64,000 bases of DNA from contig MCFE01000270.1 of NCBI GenBank assembly GCA_002104905.1, positions 1 to 64,000 on the forward strand. The letters are read 5' to 3'. Source of the stretch: Basidiobolus meristosporus CBS 931.73 (Eukaryota > Fungi > Basidiobolomycota). A model generated the notes under the pieces. The model was not told the DNA's origin. It did no database searches and worked only from the letters and a program-made list of their open reading frames with translations. Shown in pieces: positions 38,800-48,882 of the stretch. Position 1 is the first letter of the stretch; each line of letters opens with the position of its first letter. Both the position numbers and the translations under genes were made by a program.

Positions 38800-40679
38800 T
38801 ATACTACTTCCTGGCTGACTATCATCTTGGCTACTTGTGTATTTGTAGTCAGTATTTTGCCTCCTAGTTGATGAGTGCAATGCTGCAGCTTAGCCGCGCT
38901 GAATTGCTCCAACTGAACCAGCTGAACCAGCCTGTAGTGCCATGCTGTAGTGGGGTCACAGTGACACCCACAGGCAGATGTGCTCATTCTTATGCGTTCA
39001 CTTCCCTAAAAACGATCACCCCGTCTATATTATTACCGTCCCAAATTTGCAATATTTCTTATTTTTGTCTATGTGATTATTACTATGCAACCTGACAAAC
39101 TATTTGTCACTATTAGCCCATTGCACAAGCTATTCTTATTCCTTGCTGAGATGCCAAGATAAGATAGTTACCTTATAAGGCAAGTACCCCAACAGTGCCC
39201 ATGTCATGTGACCATCTTGGTTTCATAACCCTCCCATCTTACTACCATAAGAGGCAACCATTTGACACAGAGGTTTCATATTACCACTACCTGATTGGCT
39301 AGGTGTTACTATGTCTCATGGAACAATCCGCCAAGAATTTGCGCTATTTTTAGTACACAATGACATGATTGGCTGTCTACTACCTTCTGGAAACTTCCGG
39401 AAAGTATTTTCTAGCAAGAAATGGAGCAGCAAAAAAGTATATAAGGGAGGCTATCCCTTAAAATAAATTATCCCTCTTCCAATATTCCAACTTATTGATT
39501 AGTGAGATCACCGCTACCTATTACCACTATTTTCTGACTCAGACCTGACAATACTCCCAGGAAACCGCGCTGACAGCCAACTGACCTTGGAGGCACTACT
39601 TGTGAGGAATACTCAGAGTAGGTATATTTTATTATATTGGTTTGTTTTCCCAAGTTTGTTCTTGTACAGGCAAAGATACTTTTCAGTCTTTGTAACTATT
39701 GGTCAAAGCTGCATTCTTATCAAGTCCCTGTTGGTGGAGTTTACAGTTGTTTTGACTTTGGAAGCTTTAGTACATTGTCATCTCAAAGGATGTCAAAGCC
39801 ATTATAAACCTTTGTTAAGATGCCAACTAAGTTGGGGATTGTAGTTCAATAGTTTTCCCTTGACAAGCTTGTGGCTTTATCCCCCTTCACATTAGATTAG
39901 ACAAAAGACCCAGTATTCCTAGCAAGCTTTTGCCAGAGGTTACCGCACCCAGTGAACACCCCACACACATTCACACTTGAGAAGTGTTGGCCGTATTTTG
40001 CCCTTTGGACTTATACACCACCACAATGCGCTGACGCATTCTTTTACTTGCTAAGGGCTCTGGTGGTTGAGGCACTTCATGTTGGTCATCATCAGTCAGT
40101 TCACCAGAAGTAACTTGCTAATGGTCCTTGGAGCTGTTGCCTGGATGAGTCCTGTATATGTTGCTCTTGGAAGCCACTTAGCTCTACTAATATATCACAT
40201 AGTATATTAGTCATTTGAGGCAAAAACTCATTCAAAATCTCTTTGGTTCCCAAAGTTGAGGCACAAACAGACGCGCCCAGCCCGTACTGTGCAAATTGCA
40301 CGCAAAATTATTCCCGCGTGGCTTCTTTGTCAAGTCCCATCACTCTCAGCTCATTCTTGATTTCAATACTTGTCTTGTTATATATCTTCTTACATACATT
40401 GGCTGGCATCTTTATGCAGAACTCATGCCACAGCTTTCTACTCAAATTCTTCCATCTTTGTTGACTCTCTGAGGTATCTAGTTCTGCTAGATTAATGAGC
40501 AGTGCCCAAATATCTGTATGAAGGCTCATCATAGACACTTGGGACATACTAAAATCATTTGGCAAGAACTCAAACAGATCCGACATTGACTTTTCTGGTC
40601 CGGACCACGCTTGTGAGCTGGGGGATGGGTTTTGTCTGGGTTGTACTAAAGATGAGTTGAAGCTTGGTATGGGGACCAT
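38800..40679 (-). pseudogene. PHIS accessory ORF (unknown protein), split by an L solo LTR
   Basis: ORFs 40308-40679 and 40101-40301. Homologous DNA at 44300-45270 and 60930-61053. The 3' boundary is uncertain. Confidence 0.6.
38946..40025 (+). mobile_element. Solo LTR, family L (1080 bp)
   Basis: TG...CA, TSD ATGC/ATGC. It retains more CpG than the other copies. Confidence 0.9.
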
Positions 40680-40964
40680 AGCAACAGATTTGGATACTTA
40701 TACAGCAGTATATTGGCATCAACCTGGTCTTATATGAAATATATATGAAAACTAATTGCAGATTTCCTATTTGACTATAGACCTATGATTAAAGCATCAA
40801 TAAAAGTACCAAGGCATTGTTTGCGGATGATTTTTGCAACATAATGATGGGATACATGGCAATTGATGGAGATTTAACCGTAATGTATTAAAAATCAGAT
40901 AAATAACGCAGATTGCGCCAAATCAATTCAAGCTGCCTCCATACAATCATCCACCAATTTTAAT

Positions 40965-41848
40965 ATGACTTACTCATCTGAATGATCTTTTCTCATCAAT
41001 CCCATCACTACCACTGGATTTCCTTTTGACACACTAGAGGAGATCTATTCCAGGTACTGTGGACCATCAACCCCAATCTACTCAAGGAGATCCCTTGTTA
41101 AGCTTCTCTGCTATTACAAGAACTATTGCCCTACAAGGTTTCATCCCACCATCCATGGCAACAAAAGCCCTAGATGCTTTCATTCCCAGCTGACAGCAAT
41201 GGAGAACCACCTTGCCAAGGGTATGAATGACTTAGAGCAAGCTTGGAATACTAGGTCAGAAGCTCCAATAGACTTCCATATCCCAGAGTGTTCAGCAACA
41301 GGTTCCATATAAGGAGTATTTTGGATACCTTCCCAGTGAGGATTAACAGACCTTCTAGAGGGCAGAGGCACTTTTATTCTGGCAAGTACAAGGCAAACTG
41401 TGTGAAGTTTCAAGCACTGTCTGACATTGAGGGTAACATCATATGGTTTAGTGGGCCATTTGCTGGAAGTAGGCATGACAAAGCACTCTGGGTAGAGAAT
41501 CATCCTGAATTCAGTAGAGGGGAGAAATGTATGGCAGACTTAGCCTATATAGCAGAGGATTGTCAGAGATTAGGATGTATTACAGCTTATAGGAAGCCAA
41601 GAAATGGTGTGCTTAGCAGGAAGCAGAAGCTGTACAATGAGAAATTTAATCATTTCAGAGTTAGTATAGAGCACACATTTGGATATCTGAAGAGATTCAG
41701 CATATTGGCAGGTAAATACAGAGGAAAGTCATATATAGGAGTAAACAGCAGAATAGGTAAAATAGTTAAGATACCTATTAATGCACAGTATGCTCATACA
41801 AGAAGACATCCACTGAGAGAAATGTGTCTGGAGCATTATGAAGAGTAA
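40965..41848 (+). pseudogene. DDE_Tnp_4-type (IS5/Harbinger/ISL2EU-like) transposase, about 295 aa reconstructed; one TGA at codon 7 and one 1-bp deletion near 41255
   Basis: ILDTFPVRINRP, FYSGKYK, GSRHD, MADLAY, FRVSIEHTFGYLKRFSIL. The frame is restored using the copy at 59700-60600. Confidence 0.88.
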
Positions 41849-42948
41849 ATAAAGCAAGGAAAGCACTATTCTGAGCAACATATATAAGATTGAGTAAAAT
41901 TACCAGTAACTGTATCATACCACTGGCATCATGGTAGAAATTATAGTGCCAGATAGTGCTGTAGAGTGCCAGATCAATCCGGCACCATAAACAGGCTGGC
42001 ACTATGTGGCACTATCCAACAGAACAAGTCTATTCTCTGCTAAGTTGTCTAAGTGCTTTTTGTATTGAGCTACATCATCTCCTTAATGAGTGTTGCTCTG
42101 ATATATATGTTTTAGCCTGCTTGTCCCTTGCTGGCACTCTACAGGCACCCTGCTGCTACTTTCCTGCTTGTTTTGAGCTCTCAGCCAAAGTTGTAATGGG
42201 CTCCTAAGGCTGCCACTGGTTTTCACCAGTTCCAGGTCCTTCACTGCTACTTTGACTGAGTGCTTTGTGAGTAGAAATATGCTTTTTTCTGGATAAATAT
42301 AGTGCCGGTGCATTTTGTTTTCATGGTTGTCCCTTATTACCACTTGTCCAGCTACCTGATTTCTATTTGACACCCGCTTGGTGCATTTGGCCCTGCTTGT
42401 AAAGAGCCCTTGAGGAAGCTGCTGGTGTTTAGCCATTGAACACTTGCTCTACTGCCTTTGATAGTTTCTGTTATTCTTGAGATACTCTTAGTATATTAAT
42501 GCTGGCCCAAAATCTTTTTGAATCCAAAATAATGCACATGAAACAAGTCAAGCACATACTGCTAGGCCTTGAGTTCCTGATGGCCCCATGGTATTCTAGC
42601 CTCAAGGTGTTGGAGTGCTAGACTTCTAATAGCCTCTTGAATAGTAGCCTGCTCTTCATCATTACTCTCAATGGATTCATGGATCATCAATGTCTTTTGA
42701 TTTATAGGCTTTGAAATAAACACTACAGCTTCTTCTTTGGCTTTGGTATAAACACTACATTGTCTCCCTCCAATGCTGTGATAGGTTTTTCTGAGGGCTA
42801 CATGTTTAGGCACTGCTGTTGTGCTTGCAAATTGCATAAGGTTCCTCTGCTGTTACATTGCAAAATGGCTCAATTCTTGGCAGCAACATTCAGTTACTCG
42901 GGGTTTCTACTTTGCAGCCAAGATACAGCTTTCTCTACCTGTGCTATT

Positions 42949-45918
42949 GGACTTATCCCATTGTGTCCTGCCTGTGTGCATGGGACAATACATAGTTACA
43001 AAGAATAATTGGGTGCAATATTGTAGCTACCAGTGTGCAAGATTGCTTTTGGACATTTTGCACTCTGTGGGACAATCTTGCTCACTATGGCTCAACCTGA
43101 CACAATGAGAATGGCACAGATGATTACACCAGCTTGTAATGTTTGCTTAATTAAATACAACTATGGTGGTAGGTAAATTCAAGTCCTTAGATATGTTTCT
43201 GCATTGTAAATGGAAATAGATGCATATCACACTATGACCTACACTAATATTTATCAATTTGGCAACCAATACTCCAATCAAACGGTATGTCAAAGGTTGA
43301 TTGATCTAAAAGTAAGCTGAAGCTGTTATCCCCCAATTGGCTATTTGACTAATACACATACTACCCAATCTGCCTTCAAATATTGCACTTTGCCAATTGA
43401 GGAACTAAATCCCCAATCTTAGTAATTGGACAAGGTGTCAAAGCAAGAAATACAACCAGTTGGGTAGCTACACATCAGTTTGAATAGTTGCACTGGTGTC
43501 ACAAATGTTAGACTTGTTCTGTTGGATGGTGCCACATTGAGCCATGAGTGCCAAATTATGCCAAAGTGTGCCAGGGAGGCCAAGTGAACCTATATTTAGC
43601 CCCAGAGCATGAAACAGTGTTATACATTGTCATGCAAAGCAGCCCCTGTGCTTCACCCATAATGTGAGAGAAAATTTGTTTTGGACACTTTTTTGCAATG
43701 AATGTTGGGAGTGATGTCTTGGAGGACAGAAGGACTGCAGACATGCATCTGGTGCTCAATACACATGGCACTCTAAATTTAGCTCCTGTTGCCTGTAACA
43801 TGTCACAGAAATGCATCACACAATCTTGGTCTGCTGGCAAAAAATAGATTTTCTCCAACACAATGAGTGAAGCACGGAGTTTACTTTGCATGAAGATGAA
43901 GATCTACATTTCACACTCTGTGGCTAGGCATAGGTTCATTTGGCCTCCCTGTCACACTCTGACAGCATATTGCACTCAAGGCTCAATGTGGCACTATCCC
44001 ATAGAACAGGTCTGGTATATACATATGCAGGGTGCTTCTTATAGAGGCACATTCTCAAGTGTGAGATGACCTTGATACTAATTATATCAGAAATATAGTG
44101 GTCACTGATCTGTGATGGCTTATTTGGATTGCAAAGTAAAATGTGTTGTTTGGATTATTACAAATTGCAACAATTCAATGCAATCTCATCATCTTCTAGT
44201 TTTTTTTCTCACAGTTTTGCTTTCTAGTAGATGAATGCAAAGCTCAATCTTGGCTGTACTGAATTCCTTCAGTTGTAATAACAAATCCTGCCTTAAGTGC
44301 AATGCACTGACATACTCTTTTACATGCTGAAGCCTCCAGTGATGGAGGCACTTCATGCGGGTAATCATCAGTCAGCTCACTGGAAGTAACTTACTGATAG
44401 TCAGTTTTAACTGCCTGTTCAGGTGCAACTTGATATGTTGGTATTGCCCATGGCTGAGTTTAATGTGATGTTTTATATTGATGCAACTTGGCCCACTTCA
44501 ATGGACTTGTGTTTAAGCAAGTAGACTGGCAAATTCAGGTAGTATTGCTTTGAAGCACATGAATTGATCTGTTGTAAGTCAGCATGCTGTCATTCCAGGG
44601 GATGATGAGGAGTCCAGTGAGGCATGATGGCCAAACTTAATGCAGTTGTATGTGGTCTATATTCTTTCTCTTGAACCTCACCTTCTGATTCCTCAAGGTA
44701 TTCACTTAACCTCTGTCTGATACTTTGAAAATGCTGGCTTGTTGAGTCCTGTGTATATTGCTCTTAGAGGCTGCTTGGCTCTACTAATATATCACATAAT
44801 ACATTAGTCACTGGAGGCAACAATTCATTCAGAATATCTTTAGATCCCAAAGCTGCGGCACCAATGGATACGTCTGGCTGTACTGTGCAAATTGTGTACA
44901 GAATATCTTGCCCATGGCTTCCTCATCAGATCCCTTCACTCTTAGCTCACTCTTTATTTCAATACTTGTTCTGTTATATATCTTCTTGCACGCATCCACA
45001 GGCATCTTGATGTAGAACGCATGCCACAGCTTTCTACTTACACTTTTTCATTTCTGTTGGCTCTCTGAGGCTTCCAGTTTTGCTACATCAATGAGCAGTG
45101 CCCAAATATCTATATGAAGGCTTATCTTAAATACTTAGGCTATACTAAAATTATTTGGCAAGAACTTGAAAAGATCCATATTGACTATTCTGGTTAGATC
45201 ATAACAGCCAGCTTGGCAATAGTATTTTGTAGGTTGTGCTATAGATGATTTGAAACTTGGTATATGGACCATATTGACAGATTTGGATACTTATACAGTA
45301 GTAAACTGACATTGACCTGATCTCTTATCAATTACATACAAAAACTAAAGTGATTGTGAATATTGCATATATTATGCATTATGCATCTTGGATTGCATTG
45401 ACATGGATCAGATGACATCAATTGCAGATCTTCTAATTGATTATAGACTATTAGTAGATCATCAGTAAATCACCCAGTCACTGTTGGAAGATAACTTGTG
45501 TAACCTAATGATGGGATACCTGGCAATTGATGGCGATTTAGTCATAATGCATGGAAAATTAGATGAATTAAGCTGATCATGCCAAATCAAACCATATCAC
45601 ATCTACCTAATAACATACCAATTTGGAGATGACCTATTCATCTGAATGGTCTTTTCTCATCAATCTCATCACAACCACCGGATTTCCTTTTGCACATTAG
45701 TAGATATCTATACCAGGTACTGCTGACCATCTAGCCCCAGTCTACTTAAGGAGATTCCTTGTTAAGCTTCTCTGCTATGACAAGCAATATTGCCCTTGAA
45801 GGTTTCATCCCACCATCCTTGGCAACAAAAGTCCTAGAAGGTTTCATTTCCAGCTGACAGCAATGGTGAACCACCTTGCAGAGGTTATGAACGGCTTATA
45901 GTAAGCTTGGAATACTAG
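42949..45918 (+). mobile_element. PHIS copy 2 (left terminus, accessory ORF, 5' third of transposase; truncated)
   Basis: GGACTTATCCCATTG after ATT. Collinear with 37986-41255. Confidence 0.82.
43510..44013. mobile_element. Foldback MITE family M nested in PHIS copy 2
   Basis: Both ends carry the right-type TIR (AGACTTGTTCTGTTGGATGGTGCCAC / GTGGCACTATCCCATAGAACAGGTCT). Inverted arms, the second one shortened. Confidence 0.78.
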
Positions 45919-46277
45919 TGAATAATATTTTAATCCTAATTCCTTGCTGAGATTCTCAAATTGTGGTCCAACTAGTGTTTTGGTCAATATATCTGCCACC
46001 ATTTTGTCAATTGGGCAGTAAACTAACTCTACTATGTTATTTTTTACAGCTTTCCTCACATTGTGTTGTTTTTTATATCCATGTGCTTAGTTATGGCATG
46101 ATTAGTAGAATTCCTAGCTAATGCAATACAACTTTGATTATTGTTGTAAATACATGTTGGTTTGTCTGAATTACAGCTAAAGTCTATGACTAACTTTTGT
46201 AGCTATATAGCCTCCTTAGTTGCATGGCAAGCAGCCATAAATTCAGCTTCAGTTGTAGATAGGGCCACTGCTGGTTG

Positions 46278-46646
46278 TGTTGAAATATTGGACTATTTGG
46301 TATCATTCAGCAGCTAAAAATTTACTCAACAATTATAGACTAGTATTACTCACTTTAGAACTCATTTACTGCCTTAACCTTGCCACTTTCTCCAGATATA
46401 TGATCTTACAAGTATTCCCCTATAGTCAGGATCAAATTAGACTATTACCAAACATTATGTACTAACCCTGAAACTGTTACAGAATGCTCCTGAATATTGA
46501 GAAACCCTCCCTACTTAGTGTTACAGCTGTATTACTTGTACAAAGGTATAAATACTGAGCTTCTTTATGAATAAACAACAGTTCAACTATTATCACTATT
46601 TCTTGATAAAGTTCCTTATATCCAAATCACTTCTTAAATTGCAACA
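46278..46646 (+). repeat. Copia-2 solo LTR inserted in the RNase H of its own family
   Basis: TGTTG...CAACA, TSD GGTTG/GGTTA. The rejoined host reads KKQPxVAL on the minus strand. Confidence 0.82.
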
Positions 46647-46920
46647 GGTTATTTCTTACAACTCCAAGTAATAGCTGCACTAGCATAAAGAAATACATAC
46701 CCAATGGTAGAGCATCTGTCAATCAGACCTCTACCCTAATCTGAATCACTATAACCATTAAATTTCCACCCATTAGCTGCTCCAGAGTATTCTAGTACTA
46801 GATTAATGGTACCTTGTAGATATCCAAAAATCTGCTAGACTGCTGTTATTTGATCTGATCCATAGTTCTGCATGATTGACTGACTATTCCAACCGCTACT
46901 GCAATATCAGGGCATGTAGG

Positions 46921-48882
46921 TGTTGAAATGTTGGAGTATTTGGTATCATTCAGCAGCTAAAAATTTACTTAACAATTATGAACTAGTCTTGGTCACTGTG
47001 GGACTAATTTACAGCTCTAACTCTGCCACTTCCCTCAGATCTATAATCTTATGATTTTTCCCCTATAGTCAGGATTAAATTAGCACTATTGCTAAATATT
47101 ATATACTAGCCCTAAAATTGTTACAGAATGCTCCTGAATATTGAGAAATTCTCCTTACTTAGTGTTACAACTTTATTACTTCCACAAAGGTATAAATATT
47201 GATCCAGTTTATTTATAAACAACAGTTTAACTATTATCACTATTTCTTGATAAGTTTCTTATATCCATATCACTTCTTAGATTGCAACAGGCTATGAGCC
47301 CCAATTGCCTTAATCTATTCTAAAGATGACTTCTACTAGCCAATAGAACAACACAAGCATCTTCCCTGTAAAGGAATGGTTTGATGGGAAGAACTACAGA
47401 CTTTGGAGGATCAAGATGCAGATCCACCTTGAGGAAAGAAAGACTTGATATAGAGTTACAGAAAATGAAGTTGAGCCCAAAGGAACAGCAGAAGAAGTGG
47501 AAAAGTTTCAAGAGAAGGAGAGAAAAGCCTTTATTGCCATATGTATCAATGTGCAAGATTCCTTCATTGGTCAAATCAGAAGAAGTGGAGAAGTTTCAAA
47601 AGAATGCGCCAAAGGCCTTTAATGATACATGTATCAATGTGCAAGATACCATCATTGGACAAATACATGCTTCAAATACTGCCAATGCAGCCTGGGAATC
47701 CTCAGAGAAGCTCTTTAGAGCACAGTCAGTATCAAGCAAGCTTTATTTGAAACAAAAGTTCTTCAACATGAGAATGATGATCAAGCAGAGAAAATTGAAG
47801 ATAATGCTTTATTCAGTTCAGAAAGGCACTCAGAAAAGAAGGGAAAGCAACAAAACCAAAGAAAATCTGGTTGCTGTAACTACTGTAAAAAGCCAGAACA
47901 CTGGGCATGGGAATGCAAGGAGAAACAAGCAGACAAGAAACAGAAGCTAGAGCTGGCAAACCATATAACCACCCATCAACAGTTATTTGTAACTGTACAA
48001 GAGAGTGTAAGTAGAAGAAGTAATGAATGGTATATTCACCCTGGAGCATTGAAGCATATTTGTGGTATAAGGAAGTGGTTCAGCAACTTAAAGACTATTC
48101 CTGTAAGAAAGGTTTATCTGGGAGATAGCTCTGCTCTGGAAGCTACTGCCAGTGGGTCTATACTACTAAATATGAGCAATAACTCAGGGGCAACAACAGC
48201 AAGACTGACTGACATACTCTTCGTACCTGGGATAGCTAGGAGCCTACTTTCAGTCATTGAAGCAACTGCGTAGGGATTGAAATTTGTTTTTACAAAGATA
48301 AGCTGCTCAATATTGAGTGAAAATGAACAAAATTAGCTTTGGGAATCAGAGATCACAGTATATACAGGTCACGATGCAAGATCATTTTACCTGAGTACAA
48401 CAGCATTGCTGAAACCAATGAAACTAACTGGGAGAAGTGGCATAGGAGGCCAGAGCACATTGAGGAAAAGAAAATGAGCCAATTGGTGAAACATTTGCTT
48501 GTTGTGGGCCTAAAAACTCAATTCCAATCAAATTGAATGTTTGTAAGGGATGTTCATATAGTAAACAAGCTAGGCAACATTTCAAGAGCTCAGACGGCAT
48601 CAATACCACCAAAATATTGCAATTGTACACTCAGACATATGTGACCTCATGAGAACACTGTCCTTTGCAGCCAAGAGACACTTTATGACATTTATTGATG
48701 ACAAAACAAGATATATGTGGGTGTACTTCTTCAAAACAAAGGATGAATCTTTAGAGATGTTTAAGCACACCAAGAACATGGCAGAAACACAAACTGGGTG
48801 AAAACTGAAGGTACTACAAATTGACAATGGAGGAGAAAACTGCTCAAAGGAGTTGTCAAAATACTGCTTGTCTACTGGTATA
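46921..48882 (+). mobile_element. Copia-2 second element (5' LTR 46921-47289, PBS GGCTATGAGCCC, gag to integrase), 3' truncated
   Basis: Inverted homolog of 49830-51576, inserted in the RT of the minus-strand copy. Confidence 0.85.

Larger units (their letters stand above)
37986..42031. mobile_element. PHIS-superfamily DNA transposon copy 1 (complete termini, ATT TSD, about 2.96 kb without the nested LTR)
   Basis: Left AGACTTGTTCCACTG, right CAGAACAAGTCT. ATT at 37983-85 and 42032-34. DDE_Tnp_4-type transposase plus a divergent second ORF. Confidence 0.9.
37293..42948 (-). mobile_element. CACTA copy D fragment (ORF2 region), split by PHIS copy 1 and cut by PHIS copy 2
   Basis: 37293-37985 and 42032-42948 join into a sequence collinear with 22440-24030. 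Confidence 0.78.

Noticed and set aside
27060-40025. L copies at 27060 and 38946 as the two LTRs of one large element
   Set aside because: Each has its own TSD and host element, and their U3 regions differ.
40965-41848. Recent horizontal transfer of a bacterial IS5/ISL2 element
   Set aside because: Similarity to IS5-type transposases is expected for PHIS elements. The two-ORF layout, MITE derivatives and multiple decayed copies indicate long residence.
37983-42034. Reading the PHIS TSD as Harbinger-type TTA/TAA with the TIR starting at G
   Set aside because: The flanks would then be TTA/TAT here and ATA/TAA at 31536-31746, which do not match. Starting at AGAC gives exact ATT/ATT and AAT/AAT.
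46647-46651. GGTTA after the LTR as the start of a PBS
   Set aside because: It continues TTTCTT (host RNase H) rather than TGAGCCC, and matches the left flank GGTTG. It is a TSD.
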